Assembly: GCA_905178155.1 (NCBI GenBank)
Contig: CAJINV010000024.1
Coordinates: forward strand, 141,601-178,972
Direction: 5' to 3'
Origin: Amoebophrya sp. A120
Lineage: Eukaryota > Protista > Dinoflagellata
Length of the DNA stretch: 37,372 bases
Shown here one piece after another: positions 12,601-24,500 of this stretch. Each line of letters opens with the position of its first letter. Position 1 is the stretch's first letter. A program made the position numbers and the translations under genes. The notes beneath the pieces are model-generated. The model was not told the origin of the DNA. It saw only the letters and a list, made by a program, of their open reading frames with translations, and ran no database searches.

Positions 12601-13615
12601 GACTGGCCAACAGGGTGCGCCAGCGGCCATGCCTCGCTTATGTAGAAGCCGCCCGGGGAAGGCGGGCGGGGGAGCTAGCTAGGCGGGCCCGCTGCGTCTG
12701 GCCCGGCTGGCCAGCAAGCAGGTGGCGCTCCGACAGTTCCCCGCGTTGTGTGGGCCAGTTGCAAGCGCGGGCTGGCACGCAGTTGGCCCGCAGGCGCCTT
12801 GCGGTGAGCCGGCCGGGCAATTACCGGGGGCACCTACGTAAGCAGCGCGGTCGCGGGGCCACCCCAGCTAGCTAGGGAGCTGATTTGCGGCCGGGCCCCC
12901 CAGTTCCTTGGCCCGTGTAGATTGGCGGCCCCGGCCGGCGGGCTGCCTGTCGCGCCCCGGCCCGGCCCAGCTCCAGCGCGGGGCTTTGCCAGAGTGCCTG
13001 CGGCCCGGCCGCTCCCCATCAACCCCCGCGAAGCCGTCGGCATCCCAACTGCGTGGGCCAGGGGGCGGCGATGTCTTCTAGGCGGTGGGCGGTGGGCGGC
13101 CCACAAGGGCCCGTTGCTCCCGGCCCACATTTTTCCACCCCAACAAGGCGCACCGGCCGCCCGTTTCTAGCGGCCGGCCGACGAACTTGTGGCCCCGCTG
13201 TGCGCGCCCGCATGTCGCTGGCCCAGCACATACATTACGAAATGCCGCCAGCCGGCTAGGCCCGTCGCGGTTTGAGCGCCCTTGTCAGCTGCGCGCGTCG
13301 TGCTGGCGCTGTGCCAGCTACACGGACCGACGGCACGGGAATGGGCTGCAGGCATGCAGCAAATGGGGGCCAATACCTTGCGGCGCCGACCCTTTGTTGG
13401 GGCGGCCCCGGTTCGTTGGCACACGGGCCCCCCGCCGGCCCGCCGCGTGTAGCGTGTTGGCGAACTATGGAGACCGGCCCTCTTCCGCTAGAAGACCAGC
13501 GAAAAGGTAGGGCAAGCCTCAGACGGCCCGCTTGCCTGCAGATCTCCCACCCCCAACCAGTCTGCCGGCGCCACGTTTGCTTCGCGGGCGTGCGTGGCTC
13601 CGCTACATGCGGCAG

Positions 13616-14142
13616 CACCTAATGGGGCCGCCGCCCATGCAGCTCTCGACAGCAAGCGCGCCGCCTCACTCCCCGGCAAACTGCGGCCCGTTGGCCGCTG
13701 CGAGCGCGTAAAATGGGAAGCCTGCGCCAGCGATGGGGGCCAACCATATGCGCCCCGCGCGCCCGCGTGCGAGTTCCTGGAGCCGACGGGCCGCCCGGCC
13801 TGCTGGCAGGCTCGGTTTACGGTTCCCAACTTGCCCCGCGGGCGCCTGCGTGCATGCAGCTGGGCCGGCCGCCCGCGGCGGGGCCCCCGCCGGCTGGCAG
13901 GGATAGCAGGCTGGCCCCGCGGGGCAAGTTGGGAACCGTAAACCCAGCCTGCCAGCAGGCCGGGCGGCCCGTCGGCTCCAGGAACAAACTCGCACGCGGG
14001 CGCGCGGGGCGCATATGGTTGGCCCCCATCGCTGGCGCCGGCTTTCCATTTTACGCGCAGCGGCCAACGGGCCGCAGTTTGCCGGGGAGTGAGACGGCGC
14101 GCTTGCTGTGGAGAGCTGCATGGGCGGCGGCCCCACTAGGTG
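13616..14142. repeat. Nested near-perfect inverted repeat (about 227-bp arms: 13616-13842 and 13916-14142)
   Basis: For example ggtttacggttcccaacttgccccgcggg / cccgcggggcaagttgggaaccgtaaacc, with only a few substitutions and small indels. Confidence 0.9.
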
Positions 14143-14225
14143 TTTGCTGTTTTTGGGAAATTTCGCAACCTTTTCTGGATTTGTTCTGGAAAAAGTTGCG
14201 AAATTTCTCGAAGCGCTAGCGCTCT

Positions 14226-14340
14226 CGAAAATTTGTGTGGAGCGCACTTACGAGTTGAGAAAAATGCAGCATTTCAATCGAATCCCCGATGGTGTGCTGC
14301 ACTTTTCTCAACTCGTAAGTGCGCTCCAGACAAATTTTCG
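14226..14340. repeat. Central hairpin (46-bp arms, 2 mismatches, 23-nt spacer) containing the element's terminal motif
   Basis: cgaaaatttgtgtggagcgcacttacgagttgagaaaaatgcagca (14226-14271) versus 14295-14340. Confidence 0.92.
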
Positions 14341-16601
14341 CTAGTGGTGTGAATCTGTGTGGTGCGCACTTACGAGTTGAGGGCCTGCAACTTTCCCGAG
14401 ATGTGTGTTTGTCGACGACAAACATAAACCTCGAGAAAAATTGGAAATCACGGCCGTGAGATGCTTCTGCGGTTGAGCTGGCGCGCGCAATCGCAGAAAC
14501 ACGGGCGCGCAACGCGGGCGTCAAGCTGGGCGCCGGCCCCCTATAGCTGACGGACGGCCCAGCACAATGCCTGCGTCGCACCCAGTCGGCCCAAGGGAGC
14601 AGCGCGATGCGCGGCCGATTCCGACCGGCCTCATGCGGGCCTCTATGGTTGCTGCGCGAACTCCGCGAAGATGGATGGCGAGCCCCGGCCCGTCTAGTTG
14701 GCGGGAGGGCTGCCCGCATGCAGTTGCGGGGGGGGCCACGCACGTGTGGGCGCACGCACCTGGCCCCGGGCACATGGTTGGGGCCCGGGTGGGCTTCATC
14801 ATGGGCGGGCCAGGTATGAAGGTAAGGTGGCCCGCATAGCAGGCGGGCGCGCTTTGGCCGATTTTCCATCTGCTCTCTGATTCTTGTCCGCCGACGGACG
14901 GACGCTGTGTGTGGGGAGGGAGGCCAACTACATGCGGGGGGGGGGGGGGCGGCGCTTAGTTGTTTCTAGCTGTGCTGGGATCTGCCGGCGGGCTTTGGCG
15001 GGTAGTCTAATGCTGGGGCGGGCCGCATTTCCTTGGCTAACCCAAGCGGCCGGGCGCCCTGGTATTGACCCGCCACCCGTTTGCCCGCCGGATGTGGCCT
15101 CATAGTTGGCGGACTGGACATACGCGCCGCGCTTCAATACTTCGCGGCCGCGCCACCCACGTGCAACCGGCTGGCCAGCTACATGCAGGCACACAACGGG
15201 CCGGGGGGGCGCTCGCAACGAGCGGAGCGGCTGCCGCGTTGGATGGCGGGGCCACCCAAAAGCGTGGCGCTCGCATGCGGCTGGGCCACTTAGTTGGACC
15301 GCCAGACGGATAGAGCTGGCCCCTGCGATTAGTGGTGGGCCCGTCATCAAATAGAGCGAAGGGGCCAGCTTTTGTCGCCGACTTGCCGGCGCACCCACGC
15401 TGCCCCCCGCCCCTCGTGGCCACATGCCCCCCAGGCCGGCGCCGCCCTCCTTGCTGGCCCACTACATGTGGGGCGTGAGTACTCGGCTCATGTGCCCGAA
15501 CGGCCCGCGCGCGCCCCGCCGCCTACTCATGCAGGTTCGTTGGGGGCTGGGAGGCGGCCGACCAGGTGGGGGCCCCGTGCACCAGCGGCCAGCGACCTCC
15601 ACCAGGCGTGGGAACCTGGCCCAAACACATAGCGTGGGGGATCTCCGTTGCGCGGTCCGCCTGTGTTCGGGCCCCACACACTCGCGCCACCGCCCCGCGC
15701 GGCGGACCGACCTACCCTGCCCAGCCAAGCAATTGGCCGCCCATCATGAGCAGCCGGCCGGCCCACTCGCTCCACGTAGCTGCCCGGCTTGCTGCAGGCA
15801 TGCGGGCGCGCGCGCCAAGCCGGCCCAAGGGGCGCGAGGGTTTGCCGGCGTGGGCCCGCTGCGTCCGAGGTCAAGTTAAGTCAGTGACCCGGCCTCCCCG
15901 CCGGCGCGCGCCCGCGCGCACGGACATAGCCTGTTGGCCAGCCGCAGCAGCTTGAGCAGGCGCGCAGGCGAATGCGGCTACCCCCAAGCGCGTGGGCCCG
16001 CGGGGCAAAATACGGCCCCCCCCCGAGCCAGGGGGCCGGCGGGTAATGGCACGGCGCCCAGGCGGTGGGCCAGCCCCCCCGCCCAAAATCGTTGGCGTTT
16101 CTCCGCTAGCCAGGTTGCTGCCTGGGAGGGGCGTCATTGGTGGTGGGCCCACCGCTTTTGGATCAGGAAGAGCACGCCGGCAGCTGGCCCTCGGATAGAT
16201 TCGCCGCGGGGCGCAGCGCCCTCCCCCCGCTGAGGTGGGCGAGCGGCACGCGCGCCATCCAAATGAAGCATCCCTGCTAGCCTGCCAGCCGGCGGGCCCC
16301 CCCGGGGGGCCGGCCCGGCTCAGCTGCATGCCGGCGGGCTGGCCCCAAATCTTGTCGGGGAAGGGCAGGACATAGAGGGGAGGCGGCTTCATGTGAGCGC
16401 ACGCAGGAAGCAGCTCCAAGCATGCGGGCCGCGCAACTTTAAATCCCCAAGCGCGTTGGCCCCCACCTTACCGCCACCCCGGGCCAGAGGCCGGCCAGCG
16501 GCTTACCGCCCCCCCCTCCGCCCCGCCCGCCCGGCGGGCGTCTATGGGAAAGGCCGCGGCGCCGGCCCGTTTGCCATGGGCCCTCCGGCCCGGCTGGTCT
16601 G

Positions 16602-16700
16602 TTTGTAAAAAAAATTTAACAAGTAGCGCGCTACATTGTAAAAAAAATTTTACAAGTAGCGCGCTACTTATAAAATTTTTTTTACAAATAGCAAGCGCGC
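16602..16700. repeat. AT-rich tandem palindromic mini-array (ttgtaaaaaaaattttacaa + gtagcgcgctac, about 3 units), with a degenerate mirror copy at about 11850-11985
   Basis: Directly visible as an AT island inside the GC-rich arms. Confidence 0.8.
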
Positions 16701-18905
16701 TCCCTATGGAAGTGCTTTGCCACGGACGTTAGCCGGCGCCCCGGCCCCACTTGTTGGCAAATAATGGAAGAACCACGCACGGGCCGCGAATTGATACGCA
16801 AGTAGGGCCCCGCCCCCCCGCGCGGCCGGCGAGTGCCAGCCTTCAGAGAGACGGGGCGCCCGCTTGGTGGTGGCCCTTCTCTTTGCGAAGGCTCCCGCGC
16901 AAGCCGACCCCCCCCCTCGTCTGTCGGTGTCGGAAGGAACGAAGCCGGCCGGCGCCGCCCCCCACCGGCCTGCTAGACTGCCCCGGCCCCGCGCGCACGC
17001 TTCCCTGCTGCCCGGCCAACCTGCCCGCCGGCCCCCCCCTCGCTCGCCCCAAGCCTGCCCCGGCCTACAACTTGGGGGGCCCACTTGGTGCCATTCAACA
17101 AGCTATCTAATGCACGCGGCCGGCGCCGGCCTTGCTTGTCGGTCGCCGGCCGCCGGCCGGCTCGAATGAATCGACTCCCCCCCCCCCGCAAAGGCAGAGC
17201 CAGTAAGTGCCAAGGGCCGGGCGGCCACCAACCTCTGCCGTTTTTTGCGCGCTCTGTCTGCGCGAAGCGGAAATGAATTGGCGGGGCGTGGGTTGTTCTC
17301 GCCTCCTTTGCTTTGCTCGGCCGGCTACCCAGCCCCGCCGCTGCTCAACGGGCGGCGGGCGCGGGGCAGTGCCGGCACATGTCGCCCCCTGCCGCCAGCT
17401 CGGGCCATGCACTCGCCCGGCCGACCGGCCAAGCGCCTCCCTTGCACACGGGCGGGCGGGCGCCAAAGGCTTGGCGGCGCGCGCGCTGCGGGCTGCGCCC
17501 GGGCCGGGCGCGCGGCCGGGGGTTGCGCATTGGGGCGGCAAGCGCCCGCCCCGGCTCGGTGGTGGCGTTGCGCACAATGCCGCCGGGCCGGTTGCGCCGA
17601 GCCGAGATGCGCCCGGCCCAGTGTTTGTCTTGGTTTATTTTCAAGAAGAACGAAGCAACAACTGGGGGCGGGCCAGGATGAAAAGACGGGCCGCGCCCGG
17701 AGAGTCGCCTTGCGGTGCGGGGCGCGGAGAGAATGGCTGGGGGTGGTCGCCCAAGGCTGGCGGACCCACCGGCCCCGCTCGAGGCGCTCTGCCGCCCCAC
17801 CCTTGGTGGGCGGGCGGTAGGGCTGCATGCCCGCGGGCGCCGGTTCGGTTCCACCTAGCTACTTCCGGGGGAGGCAGGTCTTTGCAGGGCGGGCGCGCCT
17901 ACTCCTTGCGGACGCGCCCGGGGGGCGCAACCCTCTTTGGTTTGTTGTATGCGGGTCGGACAAGGGTGCCCGCACTTGGTTGAAGGTAACTAAACGCCGG
18001 CCCGCGCGACCCGGTTTGCTTTGCCTGCCTCCTTGAGTGCGGTGCGTGTGCTTTGAAAGCTCGCCGCCAGACCCGGCCCACCGCTTATTGGCTCGCCGGC
18101 CCCAAGTAGCGCAGGCCCGCCCGGTCGGCCGCACTGTGGCGCGGCGACTGCGACGCGACATCGATGCCCGGGGCAGTTCGTCCTTTTGTGGGAGCGGGGC
18201 CAAGGGGGGGCGCTGAGCGATTGGGGCCGCACGGGATGCATTGTTCGCGACCGATTGTGGAGACGCGGGCGTGCGGTTTTTTTCGCACGCGAGGCCCTTT
18301 TCTTACTTCCGTAGACCGCGCCCCGGCTGAGGGCACTGGACGTGTGCCCAGTGGTGTAGCAAGGGTGCCCACGGTGTTTCTGGGAGGGCGGGCGCACGTG
18401 GGTGAAGGCGGAACGGGCCGGATGGCGTCAGGGATCGATCGATGGTGGGCGCGAAATGGTCCCCGCCCATATTTTTGAAGGGTGTGGCGCGCTCCTTGCG
18501 AACAGCCCAGTGGAAGCGCGAAGGCATCAAACGCCCGCAAATTTTTGCTAATTCCCCACGTGCGCCACGCCCTCGCGCGTAACTAACGTTATCGCCGGCG
18601 CCATGGCCGCCCCTAGATGTTGGGGCGGAGCATGGCGGGAAAACCGGCCCGCCGCTGCGGCCCGGCGCGTGTTCTTCGTAGGCTTGCCATGTTCGGGTCA
18701 GCGTCAGCCCAAGCTCCTCTCTCACGCAGGAAAAAAATTATGCGGGAGTGGGTTTGCAAAATGGCGCGCCGGCGTCTGTCTCGCGTTGGTTCGCGAAGAC
18801 GCGTCCAAGTGGGCAATTTTTCCGAAAAAAATAAAAAACAGGACAAACTTTGCAAAAAGCGCACCACGCAAAAAAGCCGCGAAATTCTTGCGAATTTTAT
18901 GGGTG

Positions 18906-18947
18906 GCGCACTTACGAGTTGAGAACTTACGTTTTGAGGGGGCCATA
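18906..18947 (-). repeat. Right terminal inverted repeat, perfect 42-bp core
   Basis: Exact reverse complement of 9641-9682. Confidence 0.95.
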
Positions 18948-20666
18948 AGAACAATAAAGGAGCTCGTATCTCCTGTGGATACCAGAATCTTCAACATCAA
19001 GTGAGATCGCACACTGCTCAGGGGTTATACTTCTTAATGAACGAGCCAAAGTTGCTTTGTTTGCATTGATTTCCATCTCTGTCTAACTTTGGTCTAATAT
19101 TATGGCTGTGTGTGCATAATTAGATATCCAAGACGAGGCTTCGTCATCCGAGAACTCTATATTAGTAATCTTTGGACTTGCTTATGTGTTAAAGTAATGC
19201 TGGATCCCATCACTGTGGTGTGGTCATCACACTTACAAGACTTAGATCCGACTAACCATTTTTCAAGGAAGTGGTGGCCCCTTCTGGTGACTGACAGGTC
19301 TCTACTGGGTACTGTGGATAATGATCAACAACACTTCTGCTCCGGTTTTTAGACGAGAACTGGAAGGACGACGGACTTTTGAACAACAAAAACTTCTCCA
19401 GGAGTGAAACTCAACGACAGCTGGAACAAGCCGCTCCTCGCCTTTATTTCGATCACCCGGGAGTCCAAGCTGGGAGGCGGCAGGTGTTCGGCTACTGGGG
19501 CTTTTGACGTTGTCTTACCTTGCCTCGCAGTAGCGGGTTGTCACTCTTGATCATGGAAACTGAAATCGTACATACCCTTCGACCATTCGGGCGCCATCTA
19601 CGTTCTTTCCACCTCTCAAAACAACAACAAGATCAGCTATATGCGCTACTTGGTTTACCAAACTTCATATGTTCTTTTTTACTTTTGTTCGTTAACTTGT
19701 ACTCTTAATCCACCTTTTTTACTTTTACTCAACTTTTACTCTTTCAGGAGGAAAGAACTGCACCAACACGTGGATACAGTTGTACTGCTACATGTAAATC
19801 CTACAATTCTTCACTCTACAACGCTGGAGGTGTAGTGTCCTTGAAGTACAGACCTTTTCAGATGTGCCATAGTGCTTGATGCGAGTACTCCATGTATAAT
19901 TAAATAAGGTTGTGGCTACTTCTACTTGAAAAAAACATACTCTTTTGCTCGTCGCAAAATCTTTCTGCTAGTCCCAAAAAATACGCCAGTCAAGGACCGG
20001 ATCCCACCGTTTCCGTTCCACACAGCTTTTTTACATCAGTCGGTATGATGCTAGATCTCGTCGAACTAAGTACTCGTTTCAAACTTCAATAGGTAAACAG
20101 ATACTTCTTCATCAGGTACGGCGCGCGTGTCTCGGATGTCCCTCCCAGTAACAAAACAAGACAGCAATGGACATCATCTGGACAGGAGCACTACTTTACT
20201 CGTCAAACCAAACGCACGGGATCACAATCATATTTTCATACATCATATCAGCCCACTTCTACAGGTCTGATTTTGTTTTTGAGTCATTGTGGCGGCTTAA
20301 AATGTTGAAAAAGAGACACTACATAGCCTATCACTAAACCCAACCTAAGGACGAAGGCTTCACTGTGTGTCTCAAAAAATTTGAACTGATACTACTTCTT
20401 TACTATAATGATCAGGCTACTTCTTACTTTACTGTAATTCGTCTGCTGCTTTACATACAGCAGTTCCACTAGATGCACTTGCATTTCCAAGCAGGTTTGT
20501 TGCGCTGCGAGACTACGCGCAGCAACAACGAGACTCGCGCAAAGATCGTTCGTTAGCATTTTCCATACAACCGAGAACTCCTCTTTTTAATACTCAAGTC
20601 GTAGCCCGACCTCATCAATCTTTCCGTCGTCTACTGCCACTCCTCACCAATTCTTGAGCTCCTTCG

Positions 20667-21584
20667 TCAAGTCGCCTTCTCTTTCCGCGCAAGCGTCATG
20701 TGCACGCCGCGCTTTCGGACATCGGCAGACGCGGGTAGTTTTCCGCCGTAAACCAATGGCGCGACGTAGTGGAGGTAGATGTCCTCCACCACTCCCCGGA
20801 ACATTTCCAGTACCCGCTTGCGCATTTTCTCATCGGGCTTTGGTTCCCCCTCGTCTACTGCATGCAGCAGCCCGTCCGGCGAGCATTTTTTTGGTCTGTC
20901 GATGGACAAACGCGAGAGCCCGGCCACCAAATTGTTCATCTCTCTGGTGCGGCAGTTGCGCGTGAGTTTTTCATCGACCTCCCACTTATCATCCCCGTCT
21001 CCGCGGCGCTGCACGCAGGCCGACTCGCCGTGCCCGGGATCTGGGCACAACACGACCTGACGGTGGCCCTCCGGTGAACAAAACTCGGCCTCCAGGACAT
21101 AATGCTCTCCTTCAACACGTATCTCGCAGGGTGAGAGCCCGTAGAACGCGACGCCGTTCGTAATGGCGCGCTCGGTTCCCGCATCAGCAGCTTTCCGCTG
21201 CACCTCCTCGGTGATGACGTCCACGAGGTGGGACCAGATCCCCGGTTCGCACGAGGTAGGGACCACCATCGTCATGTTGTTTGACTGCTGAAGATCAGTT
21301 TCCGAGAAACTACAGCACGACGGCTGCCGCTTTCCGACAGTGGTGCAGTGGCGCGCAGCCGAAGCTCCGTTATTGAGGCAGTAATACGACATACTGGATG
21401 TGGATGCTGGGTGTGGGACGTCTTGCTGCACCCGTATTTGGCTTGTCTTGCTTTGAGCGGTCGGTGCGGCCGAATCGGTACCAAGACTCAGATTTCGCAT
21501 GGCGGGGTATCGCAATGAAACACCGTTTCCTCTCGCGGAATCATTCAAAGTCGAATCGGACAAATTTTTCGGGTCGTGCCTGGT
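20667..21584 (-). CDS. Hypothetical protein / terminal exon (about 300 aa)
   Basis: Long ORF with globular-looking composition (WSHLVDVITEEVQRKA...HYVLEAEFCSPEGHRQVVLCP). No family recognised. Confidence 0.55.
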   Translation of the reverse strand, partial: TRHDPKNLSDSTLNDSARGNGVSLRYPAMRNLSLGTDSAAPTAQSKTSQIRVQQDVPHPASTSSMSYYCLNNGASAARHCTTVGKRQPSCCSFSETDLQQSNNMTMVVPTSCEPGIWSHLVDVITEEVQRKAADAGTERAITNGVAFYGLSPCEIRVEGEHYVLEAEFCSPEGHRQVVLCPDPGHGESACVQRRGDGDDKWEVDEKLTRNCRTREMNNLVAGLSRLSIDRPKKCSPDGLLHAVDEGEPKPDEKMRKRVLEMFRGVVEDIYLHYVAPLVYGGKLPASADVRKRGVHMTLARKEKAT

Positions 21585-24500
21585 CTTGCTAGATGAACAT
21601 TTTTAAAAAGATAGAAGTCAATGCAAAAGACAATTCTTGGCCAAAGAAGTACGATGCACATGCATGTGCAAACAAGAAGGTCTTCAATGCAAAACTAGGT
21701 CCAGCAACTTGGTTCACAGAGCCGGCTTTAAAATCCGCGGGAAACAGCACACAATTATTTCATTTGAATACGGACCCAAGACCGTGCATTGCGGTAACCT
21801 GCGTCTGCGCGATTGCGAACGCGGCGATGACAGCCAGAAGTGCTACAGCGGCAATGAACTTTTGCGGCGCCGCCCGTCTTTCCCACAGCCCTGCGAAATT
21901 CTGCGCGACCAGGTCTTTGATCTCTCGAAACTGTCCACGGCGAATGATTTGTGCCTGTGGCTCGTGGGTGACAAGGGACGTTTCTTCCGTCGGAGCAGCT
22001 TCCGCGGCCGGGGCCACAGGCAGACCAGGCGCAGGCCCGCTCTGGGTCTGAGCATCAATGCGAGTGGGCAGCCCAGACGAACCTGGGGCAGCTGAATCAC
22101 TTTGCGTTTCGGCGTCAATGCAGTGCGGTGACCCAGGCGCAGCTAGTGCGAGTTCGCTCTGGGTCTGTGCGTCAATGCCCGTAGCTGTTGGCTCGCTCTG
22201 GGTATGTGCATGGACGCAGTGCGGAGCGTGGGCGCGCGAGCGTCGCTGTACAACCTCTTCCTTCGGCAGAGGTGGACCTGCAGGCAAGCCATACCGCCCT
22301 AGTACGGTGTCCCGTGTCAGGCCGCGTCTTTTTACTTTTTTCTCCCGAACGTCGTCGTGCTGACCACGATGTTGCCGCACTGAAAGCCTCCGCTGCCTAG
22401 ATCCACTGCTTGTGGCGGCCGATCCAGTCCGCGTCGCGCGCGCCGATGGCCGTCGTGGTGGCGAAGGGGAGCGGGGGGCAGGCAATCCAGCCCGCGTCAC
22501 GCGCGCCGATGGCCGTGGTGGTGGCGAAGGGGAGCGGGGCCGCCCGGAGAGCGGGGCCGCCGGGAGCGGGAGGCGGAGAGGGGAAAAGGGGAGGCGGACC
22601 TTTTCTGGCAGATCGATTAGACGTGAAGACGGGCTGGCCGAGGCCACGCGACGAGCAGGCAAGTCCTCGTCTGAAGTGCCCGATCTACGAGTGGACTTCC
22701 GAGCGGCCCTTCGGCTACGAAGGTACACCGGCCCAGTCCATAGCGACTGGTCCCGCAAGAGCTGTTGCATCCAATCCTCAGACCCCGAAGAATCAGCATC
22801 ACTGCTGTCGCCGTCGCGCCCACCGTCGGAGCGAAAAGGGTGACCACCTGCAAAGGCATTTTATATCATTGTCACTGCCTCACCACTGCACCATGTTGAA
22901 TTAGGTCCTTACAATCTAATAGCATTTTTGCATCTCGGCCGGGGAACGTGGTGTACCAACCAGATATTCACGACAAGACACCACGGGCTGACAGATCATG
23001 CATTGGTCAATAAACTTTTACAACAAAGATCAACGAAAGTGTCAGTTCTTACCTCGGCAAAACTGCCCAGGCTTCAGCGGAAAGCGAACCAACTCTAGTT
23101 CGGCTTTGTAGACAGGGGAAGGTGGATTTGGATATGGGGCCTCGTCTTCTGCTCCAGCTTGCTCCTCATCAAAAGGCCTCCACCCGGGCCTCAGGCGCGG
23201 CGGCAGAGTGCTCCTTAGCAACACTTCCACAAGCAATCGCCCCTGGTGTCGGAAAGCAAAAGTACCGGAGAGGTACTCGTACTCCTCTCCGCGCTGCTCG
23301 CGCAAGACTTCTCCCCGCTTCTCTGCTTCAATGACTCGGCGTAGATCACATCGCGAGACTTCTTCCCACGAAAGGTCCTGCTCCTGCTGACCGGCAGCTA
23401 CTTGGTCGCGCAACCTGTCCCACCGTTTCCAACGTTTCCCACGTCTAGGGCCGTTGCTGTCATGCTGGGGTTCACGAACCTCCTCCCACAGCAACACCCG
23501 AAAAGCATCTGCCGGTTTGCTTCTCAATATCTTCACGTGGTCAGACCACGCGGTCATACCACGTGACAAGACCAGGTCTGCCCAAACCTCGCCGCCCGTG
23601 CGGTTGGCATGCTGAACGTACCCTTCCAACGCGGCCGCACACCGCTTCTGCAGGTCCCCTACGGTGTCGTCACGCAGAACTGGAAACGCTCGGGACACCT
23701 CCGTCATGGGCCCATTCGCATGCAGCTGAGTTTTCAGGGTCACGTAGAAAAGCTTGCCGTTTTCTCGATGAGGAAGGTCCAACCGGGCTGTAGATGTTTT
23801 CGGAGAAGAAATTACACATGACGAGTATTATAGGCACAAACTGATATTTTTACTTCCGAGACTCGAGAGCGAGATAATATTGGTGCTACTATATTCTAAT
23901 TCAAAACATGCGTGCTGCAATGCAAATCTGGCGGCATTTGGAGACTCGTGAGAACAGAGCAGGAATTATCCACACGTCCAGAAACGTGGGTAGTCTGTGG
24001 GTGTTCTTTTATCCAATGACTTACACAAAACCCAAACAATGATGGTACCAGGTGGGGTGCAAACATCTGCCGCGTCTCGAAACGCCTCGTCGATGTATAT
24101 CGCCGGAAAGACAAAACGCTTCCCTGGAGCTCTGTACGCATTTTCATACGCCGTCGAGTACATGACGTGGAGCAACCGACAATAGCGACTCTTCTTCTCG
24201 TCAAGGGAGGCTGCGTCTCCGGGGAGGTAGGTTTTTTCCCACTTTTCGATTTCAGCTGCGGGTTTTTAGATCATCATGAAATGTTTATCGAAAAGAATTG
24301 AGGCGGCAGCATGGGGCCTGGCCGTCTATGTTGGGTGCCGACCTACTTGCACAAGTACGAAAACTCAAAAAAAATTGAAGTTGACGTGTCTACAATGCAC
24401 GCGGAGCAACGTAAACAGGGCTACTTGTCAAGGGTGTCCGAATGCGAGAAAAATGGCGCCTCGCAAAGAAATCTACGCTGATATTATTTTTTTCCAAAAT

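Larger units (their letters stand above)
9641..18947. mobile_element. 9.3-kb GC-rich foldback/palindromic insertion element with 5-bp TSD (AGAAC), no recognisable coding capacity
   Basis: Ends TATGGCCCCCTCAAAACGTAAG... and ...CTTACGTTTTGAGGGGGCCATA form a 42-bp perfect inverted repeat. AGAAC occurs at 9636-9640 and 18948-18952. Inverted similarity is traceable inward for kilobases (10741~17860, 11101~17484, 11461~17140, 11950~16630, 12150~16470). The joined flanks match the uninterrupted paralogous spacer at about 2050-2240. Confidence 0.9.

Noticed and set aside
9641-18947. Numerous 60-340 aa ORFs inside the element, and a Polinton/virophage assignment
   Set aside because: The ORFs overlap in all six frames, are Arg/Gly/Pro/Ala-rich as expected from GC-rich DNA, and are not conserved between the arms apart from a short TIR-derived peptide. 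No integrase, pPolB, ATPase or capsid motifs are visible.
19160-20650. Possible exons in the AT-rich interval (pyrimidine tract at about 19670-19748, donor-like site at about 19517)
   Set aside because: Only short ORFs, with no homology to anything else in the window. Cannot be supported.
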